Shown: one piece after another, positions 50,047 through 63,324 of the stretch
Position numbering within the stretch: the first letter of the stretch is position 1
Layout: each line of letters starts with the position of its first letter
Source: an uncultured delta proteobacterium
Lineage (GTDB): Bacteria; Desulfobacterota; Desulfobacteria; Desulfobacterales; B30-G6
Length of the DNA: 64,000 bases
Direction of reading: 5' to 3'
NCBI GenBank assembly: GCA_963823335.1
Contig: CAWGLD010000001.1
Location: 928,001-992,000, forward strand
Position numbers and translations under genes: made by a program
The notes under the pieces: generated by a model
Told to the model about the DNA's origin: nothing
The model's database searches: none
Seen by the model: the letters and a program-made list of their open reading frames with translations, nothing else

Positions 50047-52564
50047 GAATACCCCCTTTGACTATCAATGCTTTTCGGATATCTTCCGTTGGCAATGCGA
50101 AAATCTGCTCTAACACGACTGCCGGCCGGATCCGTTTTCCGCCCTTATTTTGGATTGTTAACTGTATGCTGTTCGGCTCGACTAAATCAATACTTAAAAT
50201 TTCCGTTTTGAGATCAATGGTACCAAGAACACCTTTTTTATTTGTGAATGTATATTCGATCCGCTTGCTTTCAGCAAACCAGTCAAGCCGCTGCCTATCA
50301 AACACGCTCTCTTTGAGCGTAACTGTATAATGATCCACAGGGGGCCCCTGGGGTTGCTTGGAGCCTGCCTCTTCGCAGCCGTTGATGAAAAGTCCCTCGG
50401 GAAGCTCCTGGTTTGTTCTTCGAACCAGCTCATCACAAACCATATTGTTCTGCACAGAAACAAAGAAAAACTCATGCATGCCCTGCATGCCCATGGGTAA
50501 TGGATCGTCAAAAGAGATCCTGGGCATTGGGTGAAAGCCTTTAGAATAGGCCAAGTCTATACCTGCCCTTCTAAACGCCCGATTGATGATTTTGGCTAAC
50601 TCCAGGTGTCCGAAGAATCGGGCGTCACCTCTTTTTGAATAAAACAACTTCAGCTTTCTAAAAGACGTTTGCAGTACAGCATCCGTTTTCTCTTTCCAGA
50701 GGGGACCGGCTTCAGCAGCGTCGTCCAAAAGGTGCGGTAAGATGTTTTCAAAATCACAGGTGCCGCATTGCTGACAGGAATGCCAGCGACAGTCTTCTGT
50801 CTTGGCACCTTTCAGGGCGTTCTTCCATTCATTGATTAAAAACACTTTTTCAACACGGACATCGATATGATCCCAGGGAAGGGGCTCCTTGAGATCCTTT
50901 TGCCGCCGCGTATAAAAATCGATATCCAATTGCGATTCCGCAATAGATGCCTGCCATACGGAAAAACTGAACCGGTCGCTCCATCCATCAAACCGGCAAC
51001 CCTTTTCATAAGCCTTCACCAAAAGACGAGATAGACGCCGGTCTCCTCTTGCCCATAGTCCTTCCAGAAAACTGACCTCTGGATCCTGCCATTTAAACGT
51101 CACGCCTGGAAGTCGCAGTTTTGAGCGCAGCCATTCAATACGTGTTCTGGCTTCTTCTAGGGGCAGCTGGGTTACCCACTGAAAAGGCGTGTGCGGTTTT
51201 GGAATAAAGGTTGCGACACTTACATTCAGCTTGCCAAACTGGCCATTGGGGCCCTTCGTCTTCCTCAGTATTTTCACCAGATCCACGATGCCCTGGAGAT
51301 CTGTCTGAGTTTCTGTTGGAAGTCCGATCATGAAATAAAGCTTGATTACACGCCAGCCGGCCGAGAAAGCATCCTGAACGGTTGCGATAATTTCATCTGT
51401 GGTGATATTTTTGTTAATGACATCACGTAAGCGCTGACTGCCTGCTTCCGGTGCTATGGTAAAGCCCGTTTTTCGAACCTTTTGTATCGCCTGCATGAGC
51501 TCCGGTCCCAGCGTTCCGGCCCGGAAGGAAGGGAGTGAAACAGAGATATGTTGGGAAGAATATCTGTGCATCAGTGTGGTTATCAGGGGAGAAATACCCG
51601 TATAATCGCCGCTACTCAGAGAAAGCAGGGACACGTCTTCATGGCCGGTATTCTGAAGACACCGCTCTGTAAGGTTCATGACGGTATCCACTGAGCGCTC
51701 CCTGACCGGTCGGTAGATCATGCCGGCCTGGCAAAACCGGCAACCCCTGGTACACCCTCTTGAAACCTCCAGGCGTAAGCGATCATGAACCGGCTTACCA
51801 TAGGGAACCACCGGTTTGTCCGGGAACAATGCCTGATCTAGATCGCCCACAACGGCCCGCTTGATGCGCCCAGGGTCCCCCGGACCGTTTTCTTTCAGGG
51901 AGTGTGTAATCTGTTGCCCTTTTTCATTGTACCTTACCTGGAACAGAGACGGTACATAAACACCCTCCAACTGTGACCATTTTTCCAAAAGAGCCTTCTT
52001 GTCCACCCTGCCGTCACGATCCATCTGTATTCGAATGTCAGCCATTTCGAGGATGACATTCTCTCCGTCTCCGATCACGATGGCATCAAAAAACTCTGCC
52101 ACGGGTTCAGGGTTGCTGGCGCAGGGTCCCCCTGCAATGACCACTGGATCCGTATCGGCTCTTTGGGATGCATAAAATGGAATACCTGCAAGGTCCAGAA
52201 TCGTTAACATGTTGGTATAATTAAGCTCATACAACAGGCTGAACCCAACGATATCAAATTTTTTCAAGGGATATTGCGATTCCATGCTTGCCAGGGGTAC
52301 ACGGGATAACCGCATCAACGATTCCATGTCCTCCGCTGGTGAAAAAACCCTTTCAGCGGCAATATTCCGGCGTTGGTTCAAAATGTGATATAAAATCTGC
52401 ATGCCAAAGTGAGAGGTGCCGATTTCATATAGATCCGGAAAGGCCAATGCTATTTTCAGTTGGACCTTTGATAAGTCTTTTCTACTGGTGTTGACTTCCG
52501 TTCCCAGGTATCGACTCGGTTTATCCACCAGGGGCAAGAGGTCTTGAATGGTTTTTTGGGGCAT
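50039..52564 (-). CDS. B12-binding radical SAM protein (TIGR03960-like) fused to a TIGR03936-like domain
   Basis: PSRYLG.E.N, FPDLYEIG.SH, RGCTRGCRFC, TIAPEAGSQRLR, and a C-terminal F.GHLE...YSKGFHP.P.ISF domain. Confidence 0.9.
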   Translation of the reverse strand: MPQKTIQDLLPLVDKPSRYLGTEVNTSRKDLSKVQLKIALAFPDLYEIGTSHFGMQILYHILNQRRNIAAERVFSPAEDMESLMRLSRVPLASMESQYPLKKFDIVGFSLLYELNYTNMLTILDLAGIPFYASQRADTDPVVIAGGPCASNPEPVAEFFDAIVIGDGENVILEMADIRIQMDRDGRVDKKALLEKWSQLEGVYVPSLFQVRYNEKGQQITHSLKENGPGDPGRIKRAVVGDLDQALFPDKPVVPYGKPVHDRLRLEVSRGCTRGCRFCQAGMIYRPVRERSVDTVMNLTERCLQNTGHEDVSLLSLSSGDYTGISPLITTLMHRYSSQHISVSLPSFRAGTLGPELMQAIQKVRKTGFTIAPEAGSQRLRDVINKNITTDEIIATVQDAFSAGWRVIKLYFMIGLPTETQTDLQGIVDLVKILRKTKGPNGQFGKLNVSVATFIPKPHTPFQWVTQLPLEEARTRIEWLRSKLRLPGVTFKWQDPEVSFLEGLWARGDRRLSRLLVKAYEKGCRFDGWSDRFSFSVWQASIAESQLDIDFYTRRQKDLKEPLPWDHIDVRVEKVFLINEWKNALKGAKTEDCRWHSCQQCGTCDFENILPHLLDDAAEAGPLWKEKTDAVLQTSFRKLKLFYSKRGDARFFGHLELAKIINRAFRRAGIDLAYSKGFHPMPRISFDDPLPMGMQGMHEFFFVSVQNNMVCDELVRRTNQELPEGLFINGCEEAGSKQPQGPPVDHYTVTLKESVFDRQRLDWFAESKRIEYTFTNKKGVLGTIDLKTEILSIDLVEPNSIQLTIQNKGGKRIRPAVVLEQIFALPTEDIRKALIVKGGIHV

Positions 52565-52773
52565 GATATGTCTTTTAACGGTCGAAGATTCCATTCAGCT
52601 TCCTGCCAGGCTCTTCGCTCTTTGCTTGTCGGTGACTGGAATCGTTCTTATGTTATATTCCAATGGTTGTAACGCTTTCCCGAACAGAGTCATCTGTGCT
52701 AAATGGAAACGGTGACGGGTTGTACGGTTCAGGGATGATTATCTTCAGTACATTTTAATCACGAATAACAATT

Positions 52774-54165
52774 ATGCAAAAAATATCCTTATACTTCAAT
52801 CGGTTTCTATGTACGTTCCTGTTTCTTCTCTGGTTCCCGGTTGCCGGCAACAGCCATGAACTGGACCGCAGAAACGCCGTCGTGAGTACCATTCAAAAAG
52901 TAGGCCCGGCAGTGGTCAACATCAGCTCAGAATACCAGGTTCAGACACGGCGTAATCCCTTTTCCGGATTTGGAATGGACCCTTTTTTCGATTCGTTCTT
53001 CAAAGATTTTTTTGATCCGGGCTTGGAGCATCGTCAGAAACGAACCAGCCTCGGTTCCGGTGTCATCATCGACGGTAAAAGAGGGTTCATTCTTACCAAT
53101 GCGCATGTCGTCACCCAGTCGGAATCAATCTCGGTCGCTCTCAAGGATGAACGGGAGTTTCAGGCACAAATCGTGGGTGTGGACCCGGATTCGGACCTGG
53201 CTGTACTGAAAATCGGAAACCAGGAAGATCTGCCGGCCATAGAAATGGGGAATTCCGACGATCTCATGATCGGCGAAACCGTCATTGCCATCGGTAATCC
53301 TTTCGGTTTTTCACATACGGTAACCACCGGTGTCATCAGCGCGCTGAACCGCAGCATTCGAACCGATGATACGGTGTACCATAATTTCATCCAGACCGAT
53401 GCGTCCATCAATCCCGGCAACAGCGGGGGCCCTTTGCTGAACATCCATGGTGATTTAATTGGCATCAACACCGCCATCTATGCCAAGGCACAGGGTATCG
53501 GATTTGCCACCCCCATCAACAAGGCCAAGCGTATCGTCGCGGACTTGATTCAATATGGCGAAGTGGTACATTCCTGGACTGGGCTATTCCTGCAGGATCT
53601 CGACCAGGAACTTGCACGCTATTTGAAAATCCCCGCAGACAAGGGCGTCATTGTCAAGGAGGTCGAGCCCGACAGTCCCGCCACCGCTGCCGGTATCTTC
53701 AAGGGTGACATCATTCTTGCCCTTGAAAACATTCCGATTCGTTCGGTTTATGACTATCAGCAAGCCCTGAAAAGCTTCTCGGTGGGTTCCAGGATCAAAA
53801 TTAAAATATTTCAGAATGCTAAGCAGAAGACATGTTTATTGACAACATCTGTCTTTCCGGAAGAGCGCGCACTTGAACTGGCCGACAAACTATTAGGTGT
53901 CTCGATCGAAGCGTTGTCACCAACGAATCGCCGAAAATATCAAATTTCGGCCAAAGAGGGCGTCGTTATTTCCAAAATTGCTGCCCGATCATATCTTGCC
54001 GGTATCGGCGTTGATGTTGGCGATGTAATTCGGCAGATAGATGATCAGGTCATTTCCTATGTGGACGACTTTAAAAAAGCGATAATCAAGAGCCGCCAGA
54101 AAAACAACCTCGTGATTCTTGTACAGCGGGGGGAACAGGGATATTATATCACCGTAAAACCATGA
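52774..54165 (+). CDS. Do/DegP-DegQ family serine endopeptidase
   Basis: Signal peptide, TNAHVV, DLA, QTDASINPGNSGGPL and two PDZ domains. Confidence 0.95.
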   Translation: MQKISLYFNRFLCTFLFLLWFPVAGNSHELDRRNAVVSTIQKVGPAVVNISSEYQVQTRRNPFSGFGMDPFFDSFFKDFFDPGLEHRQKRTSLGSGVIIDGKRGFILTNAHVVTQSESISVALKDEREFQAQIVGVDPDSDLAVLKIGNQEDLPAIEMGNSDDLMIGETVIAIGNPFGFSHTVTTGVISALNRSIRTDDTVYHNFIQTDASINPGNSGGPLLNIHGDLIGINTAIYAKAQGIGFATPINKAKRIVADLIQYGEVVHSWTGLFLQDLDQELARYLKIPADKGVIVKEVEPDSPATAAGIFKGDIILALENIPIRSVYDYQQALKSFSVGSRIKIKIFQNAKQKTCLLTTSVFPEERALELADKLLGVSIEALSPTNRRKYQISAKEGVVISKIAARSYLAGIGVDVGDVIRQIDDQVISYVDDFKKAIIKSRQKNNLVILVQRGEQGYYITVKP

Positions 54166-54177
54166 GGAAGAAAACAT

Positions 54178-55560
54178 ATGCCGCGAATTAAAATCAACCA
54201 ATTGCTTAAATCCGGAAACAGGCTAGAAAATGTACTGATAAAAGGGTGGGTTCGAACCAAGCGGGATACAAAAACGTTTTCCTTTCTGGAAATAAATGAT
54301 GGGTCCTGCCTGAACAACCTTCAAGTCATTGTCGACAATACCCTGCCAAACTACGGAGAGACAAAGCAGCTCACCACGGGCTCGGCAGTTGCAATTCATG
54401 GAAACCTGATACCCTCCAAAGGAAAGGGACAGTCGTGGGAGCTTACGGCCACGACGGTGGAGATTGTCAGCCTGGCACCCGAAGAATACCCGCTTCAAAA
54501 AAAACGCCATACCGATGAATATCTGAGAACCATCGCCCACCTGCGGCCCAGGACCAACAAGTATGGTGCGGCCTTTCGTATTCGCTCCGAGCTGGCTTAC
54601 GCGATTCATCTTTTTTTTAAAGAACGCGAATTTCGATACATCCATACACCCATACTAACGGGATCGGACTGTGAAGGTGCGGGAGAGCTTTTCCGGGTAA
54701 CGTCTCTTGATTTAAGCAACCTCCCCCTCAAGGACGGTACCCCTGATTATTCCCGTGATTTTTTCGGAAAAGAAGCCAACCTGACCGTTTCAGGACAGTT
54801 GGCGGTGGAAATGTTTGCACTTTCTCTGGGGGATGTCTACACTTTCGGGCCCACTTTCAGGGCTGAAAATTCCAATACGCGAAGGCATGTGGCGGAATTC
54901 TGGATGGTTGAACCGGAAATGGCGTTTTGCGACCTGCAGGGCAACATGGATCTCGGAGAAGAAATGATCCAGTTTTTAACCGCCTATATCATGGACGCCT
55001 GTCAGGATGATATCGCCTTGTTTGCAAAATATGTCGACAAAAACCTTATGGCAACCCTGGCATCGATTGTTGAGTCTGATTTTGTCCGACTTCCTTATTC
55101 TGAGGCCGTGGACATCCTAAAGAAGTCCACGGCTAGCTTTGAGTTCGAGATTGACACTGGCAGGGACCTGCAGTCTGAACATGAGCGATATCTTACCGAA
55201 AAGCACTTTAAAAAACCCGTCATCGTCTACGACTATCCCAAGGAGATAAAAGCCTTTTACATGCGTCTGAACGATGACGATAAAACCGTTGCCGCCATGG
55301 ATGTTCTGGTGCCCCAGATCGGAGAAATCATCGGTGGTTCCCAGAGGGAGGAGCGCTACGAGGTCCTAGAAAAACGAATAGCCGCGGCCGGTCTTCCCAG
55401 AGACGCCTACTGGTGGTATCTCGACTCTCGAAGGTATGGCAGTGTGCCACACAGCGGTTTTGGCCTGGGATTTGAGCGGTTGCTGATGCTGTTGACCGGT
55501 ATTACCAATATCCGGGATGTGATACCCTTTCCCAGGACACCCAACAACATCGAGTTCTAA
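54178..55560 (+). CDS. asnS: Asparagine--tRNA ligase
   Basis: HLRPRTN, SDCEGAGE, LTVSGQL, FRAENSNT.RH..EFWMVEPE and GLGFER. Confidence 0.97.
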   Translation: MPRIKINQLLKSGNRLENVLIKGWVRTKRDTKTFSFLEINDGSCLNNLQVIVDNTLPNYGETKQLTTGSAVAIHGNLIPSKGKGQSWELTATTVEIVSLAPEEYPLQKKRHTDEYLRTIAHLRPRTNKYGAAFRIRSELAYAIHLFFKEREFRYIHTPILTGSDCEGAGELFRVTSLDLSNLPLKDGTPDYSRDFFGKEANLTVSGQLAVEMFALSLGDVYTFGPTFRAENSNTRRHVAEFWMVEPEMAFCDLQGNMDLGEEMIQFLTAYIMDACQDDIALFAKYVDKNLMATLASIVESDFVRLPYSEAVDILKKSTASFEFEIDTGRDLQSEHERYLTEKHFKKPVIVYDYPKEIKAFYMRLNDDDKTVAAMDVLVPQIGEIIGGSQREERYEVLEKRIAAAGLPRDAYWWYLDSRRYGSVPHSGFGLGFERLLMLLTGITNIRDVIPFPRTPNNIEF

Positions 55561-55666
55561 ATTCGCTGGCGTGAACCGAAAAAGCAAGCAAATTCCTCGT
55601 AGGTTCTGCCGTTCGGCAGTGCTTCGGCATGCTGCGGGGTTTTCAGTTTAGAAGATTAGAAGCCAA

Positions 55667-56539
55667 TCAATTCGATTGAACTAAAATAACGGTCAATATT
55701 TTAATCGGTGTTGTGTTGTGCGCATTCGCCAGATTTTTTATCTTGTCACCCTCCTTGGCCTCCATTCCGGCACCTTTTAAGCTCTGGTAGACCCTATCGG
55801 GTTCAAGCTGCATTTCTTTGATTATCTGGCCGATGGTTTTATTGCCCAGACCCGTACCGGAAAATGTTTCCTCTATTTTCTCAGCTGTCCAAACGGCGCC
55901 GGATGTCATCGCCACGGGTTTGGTCTCCAGTTTTTTTATGACTTCATAGACGCCCATTCCCGAACTACGCTTACTGTCGGCAATCTCTGCCAGGGTGTTC
56001 TTGGGACTGCCCACCGTAAAACCTGCCGCCCTGAGTTCCATCATCGCCTGGTCCAGAGGGATACTCTGCTTCTTACAAAAGGTTTGAAGGCTGACCATCT
56101 CCGCATGACCGAAAGGTGGCTCCAGTTCAGGAGCGGTGACCCAGGAGCTTTTGATGGCCTCTCCCAAGTCACTCACATAGACAAGCGGTGGCAAGGACCA
56201 GATACCACTGACGACAATCCAGAGAAATATCAGCGAGCTGAGCACCAGTTCACGTCTATATCGCAGAGTACTCTCGATCTTGCCGCTCAAATATTTAATC
56301 AAGGGTTTCCAGTTGTAATAGAGATGGAACCCACCGGCAATCAGAAGCAGAAGACCTGAAAAAATATGTATTGTTCCCCATTGATCTTTTTCTAGGCCCC
56401 AAAACTGCCACTTTATCCAGTAAGCCACCCTGCCATGGGGCTGAATATATAAAAGGATTCCCGAAAAACATAATAATACAAAACTCACCAGCGAACATAA
56501 TGAGGTAAATGCACGACCACTCCATCTTTTATCACTCAT
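55667..56539 (-). CDS. DUF4405-like membrane protein
   Basis: SGILLY..P.GRVAYW..W...GL.K.QW..IH...HLY.NW, followed by a soluble domain (PPFGHAE). Confidence 0.8.
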   Translation of the reverse strand: MSDKRWSGRAFTSLCSLVSFVLLCFSGILLYIQPHGRVAYWIKWQFWGLEKDQWGTIHIFSGLLLLIAGGFHLYYNWKPLIKYLSGKIESTLRYRRELVLSSLIFLWIVVSGIWSLPPLVYVSDLGEAIKSSWVTAPELEPPFGHAEMVSLQTFCKKQSIPLDQAMMELRAAGFTVGSPKNTLAEIADSKRSSGMGVYEVIKKLETKPVAMTSGAVWTAEKIEETFSGTGLGNKTIGQIIKEMQLEPDRVYQSLKGAGMEAKEGDKIKNLANAHNTTPIKILTVILVQSN

Positions 56540-56676
56540 TCTATAAATACCTTCTAAAATAAAGACGTTAGAACAATTCCATCATGTCGTTGTAGAATTG
56601 GTGAAGCTGATACGCTCTCTGCCGTCTCAAAGATTCAGAGCGGCGAAAGCGCGTTTCATAAATTCGCTACACGGAT

Positions 56677-57468
56677 TTATTCGCGCAAACAGCGCAGTTT
56701 GGCCAGATCCTCGGCATAGCCGTACAGATGGAGGCCCTTGCTTTCAACGATCATCTCGCCATCTTCGACACCGATTTCAGCAGCCATATAGCTCTTCAGG
56801 TTCTGGATGCCTGCCAGGTTGGCAGGCAAGCCCCCCCACAAATCCCAGGACCGGAAATAGACCATAAAATTGAGCCGATCATCCTGAATACGTGTGTCGA
56901 TGGAGCGAAGACAGGGAGGGTCCAGGAGGGTGATGTCCGATGGATGTGCCACCTGAAGCACCATCTGGTTGTTTCGGTACCCAAATTTTTTATAGGTATC
57001 GATCACCCACTCAATCTGATTCAGGTAAATCATGCCTTCTTTCTCAAAGACAATTTTACCGTCGATCTCCCTTTTATCGATGATTTCCGTATTGTCGTTC
57101 TGCCACCAGGTCAGTTTGTTACGGGTAATCGGTGCCTGTGTCAGCCGTTCGCCATACGTATAGGACTCGCCTGGTTCTTTATGGCCCGTCATAAGATATT
57201 CGATATAGGAGCGCTGGTATCCCTCGCCCCCATAAATATATGCTTCCTCCACCGGATTTGGAATACCACAAGAGGCTGGAATATCCGGCAACAACGGCTC
57301 GGTGTCGGGGTGCAGAATATGGCCGCAGAAATAATCGTATTCCAGGCGTGTTTGCCCGGCATAGGACCCCCTGTCAATGTTGAATCGCTGTCCATTGTCC
57401 AGAATATCGTGAACCGCCTGAAACCAGAGATCCGGAAGATCTCTGGCCTTAATCATATGAATCTTCAT
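56677..57468 (-). CDS. thyA: Thymidylate synthase (divergent ThyA)
   Basis: YTYGERL, catalytic PPC, FRSWD...GLPAN and LHLY motifs. Confidence 0.85.
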   Translation of the reverse strand: MKIHMIKARDLPDLWFQAVHDILDNGQRFNIDRGSYAGQTRLEYDYFCGHILHPDTEPLLPDIPASCGIPNPVEEAYIYGGEGYQRSYIEYLMTGHKEPGESYTYGERLTQAPITRNKLTWWQNDNTEIIDKREIDGKIVFEKEGMIYLNQIEWVIDTYKKFGYRNNQMVLQVAHPSDITLLDPPCLRSIDTRIQDDRLNFMVYFRSWDLWGGLPANLAGIQNLKSYMAAEIGVEDGEMIVESKGLHLYGYAEDLAKLRCLRE

Positions 57469-57825
57469 CTAATTCCTCACTATCCAGTTTTAATTTACAA
57501 TACTTTTACAAACACCTGCCACACCTCTGTGGCCAGCGATCATACGTATTCTTCCCATTTGTCTCGTTTTGAATCAAGGAAAAACATTCATCCATAGCTA
57601 TTGAAAACAGAAAATATTCTGGCTATCTTGAGCATATAGTGCTTATCTTGTACATCAATCTTTCTGTGTTCATCGAACACGAAATAAACAATCCCTGGCG
57701 CTTTGCGAACCCACTGCAAGGGTTCGACAACGCAAATCGACATTGGATCACCCATTTCGCTCTATCTATGATGAAATCCGAAAGTTGAGTTATAAACATA
57801 CTCTTTAATCTTAATCGGAGATATC

Positions 57826-59361
57826 GTGAGACAAGACTCTATTCTCGAAATAAAAGCGTATGGTGCCTGGAACGGCGGTACCCTTACCGACAATTCAATT
57901 TACGAAAACAAGGGTATGTTTTTCAAGGGCGACATCCCCGTAAACATGACATCCATTGAAGAACGCATCGGTATCAGAACCCGCATGGTGGCACCGGACG
58001 ATGCCAGGATCGGGGTCATTGCTCTTCAAAACCTGTTGGAAACATCGGATATAGATCCGGGTCGTATCAAAATGATTATCGGTGCTACCAATGTCGGAGA
58101 GGATAAATACGAAAAAGGCCCATTGATCCGACACTCTTTTGAAATCATAAAGGCACATTGCCCGAATGCAATTCCCTTTGATCTTTATGCCGGGTGCCCA
58201 GGTTACAACGTTGGCGTCGAATTGATCTTCATGCTCTCTTTGGCAGGTCAGCTGAAAGAAGACGATATCTCCATCGTAATCGGCGCGGAAAATATCCATC
58301 GTGCCAAAGCTTTTATGCCGCTTGATACTTCCAACATCATTTTCGGCGACGATGCACTGGCAACGGCGCTTGTAACAACGGCTACCCGTAGGCCTCCGAA
58401 AAGAAAGATTGTTACCGAGAAAACGCGCAGTTCTCTCTCTTCTGATTTTATCTCTGATCTTGCGGAAGCTATCCTTAAATTGAACGGGAATAAAAAAATC
58501 GATGGTATTATCATCGATAACCAACTCGGCAAACTTCAATACAGAGTGCCGGCCACTGCCGCAAGGGTACAGCACGAACTTGTCGTTCGGATGTTTCCGG
58601 AAAAAGTAAAAACCGGGCTCTTCAAGGATTTTAAACGTTCCCTGACATTCTACAACCGTCACGTAGATTCTTTCGCATTTGATATTATGTCGCTTTCAAA
58701 AAACACACAACTGGTAGAAAATATCGCCAGTGCCTACATTCAATCAGGCAAGCACACGTCGGTCGTAACTGTTTCTCTTGCTGAAGATATGACTGCAGAG
58801 ATCGCGATTCATCGTGGAAACGGTTTTGTCTTCGAAAGACCCCTTTCAGGTATTGTGGATACAAGGACACGGACGCATGGATGTTTTGGAGATTATATTC
58901 AGGCGCTTCCAACCGAAAATGATGTGTTTGGCGAAATGAATGGAAAGGGCGTTTTTCTATATGCCACCCGGGGGGCCGGAAGCCATTTAATCGACCTGTT
59001 GCAGCACAATCACCTTAGCATGGCTGATCTCGATTTGTTGATAGAACACCAGGCAAATTTTGCCATGATACCATTGACCCTTGAAAAAGTATTGGATCAT
59101 GGTCAGCCCGATTTAAAAAAAGATGTCATCGAATACGTCTCCAATAAAATGATCACCAATATACAGATGCGTGGCAATTGTTCGGTGGTGTGTATGCAGC
59201 GACTGCCCTATGATTTGAATCGGGGAGCACTTTTGCCGGACAGTATCAACGATTTCCCCATTAATCGGAATCTCGAAAAACTAAAAAGCGCTAAGATAAT
59301 TCTCAACGATTCAGTGGGTGCGGGAATGACAAGAAGTTCGTTTCTTCAAATAAAAAAATAA
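57826..59361 (+). CDS. 3-oxoacyl-ACP synthase III (FabH)-like protein with an extra internal domain
   Basis: IEERIGIRTR, FDLYAGCPG (Cys), IFGDDA, MNGKGVF, EHQAN (His), GNCS (Asn) and VGAG. 511 aa. Confidence 0.8.
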   Translation: MRQDSILEIKAYGAWNGGTLTDNSIYENKGMFFKGDIPVNMTSIEERIGIRTRMVAPDDARIGVIALQNLLETSDIDPGRIKMIIGATNVGEDKYEKGPLIRHSFEIIKAHCPNAIPFDLYAGCPGYNVGVELIFMLSLAGQLKEDDISIVIGAENIHRAKAFMPLDTSNIIFGDDALATALVTTATRRPPKRKIVTEKTRSSLSSDFISDLAEAILKLNGNKKIDGIIIDNQLGKLQYRVPATAARVQHELVVRMFPEKVKTGLFKDFKRSLTFYNRHVDSFAFDIMSLSKNTQLVENIASAYIQSGKHTSVVTVSLAEDMTAEIAIHRGNGFVFERPLSGIVDTRTRTHGCFGDYIQALPTENDVFGEMNGKGVFLYATRGAGSHLIDLLQHNHLSMADLDLLIEHQANFAMIPLTLEKVLDHGQPDLKKDVIEYVSNKMITNIQMRGNCSVVCMQRLPYDLNRGALLPDSINDFPINRNLEKLKSAKIILNDSVGAGMTRSSFLQIKK

Positions 59362-59385
59362 CCTCGCAGAGACGAGGTTATTTTT
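59354..59385. terminator. Bidirectional intrinsic terminator between the fabH-like gene and gyrB
   Basis: AAAAATAACCTCG-CAGAGA-CGAGGTTATTTTT between convergent genes. Confidence 0.8.
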
Positions 59386-59502
59386 ATTTCATTGTCTTTC
59401 GGACTTATAAATTAACGGACCTATGTACCAAATAAAGGTAAGACACTAAGGCTGTTAGATGATCCCTGAGCGATAGATGCGTTAAGATCAGCAGCGGAGG
59501 GT

Positions 59503-63050
<3,548 letters not shown>

Positions 63051-63324
63051 ATGTATTTCCTACCTTATAAATAAAGAAGTATTAATAAGGGCTGTTCATA
63101 ATGACAACAAGTTAACAATAAATTGATTTTATTAATATAATATAATCTTTTCTTTTACAATAAGGTGGTGAAAAACTGTTCAAAAACGGGCCATTTTCAT
63201 CTATGACAATCCCGTTGTTTATAAATAGAAAATTATGAACATTTTATCAATACAAAATACAAGATATTGTGTATAAGTATGTTTTAATTATATACATATA
63301 GCTGGAAGAGCCAAACAAAACAAG
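63051..63324. other. Candidate chromosomal replication origin (oriC)
   Basis: AT-rich spacer upstream of dnaN. DnaA-box-like 9-mers at 63093-63101, 63177-63185, 63216-63224, 63233-63241 and 63268-63276, plus a box-GCCC-DnaA-trio module at 63074-63101. Confidence 0.75.

Noticed and set aside
56728-58662. Long antisense ORFs 56728..57597 (+) and 57895..58662 (-)
   Set aside because: They fully overlap thyA and the fabH-like gene on the opposite strand and have no motifs.
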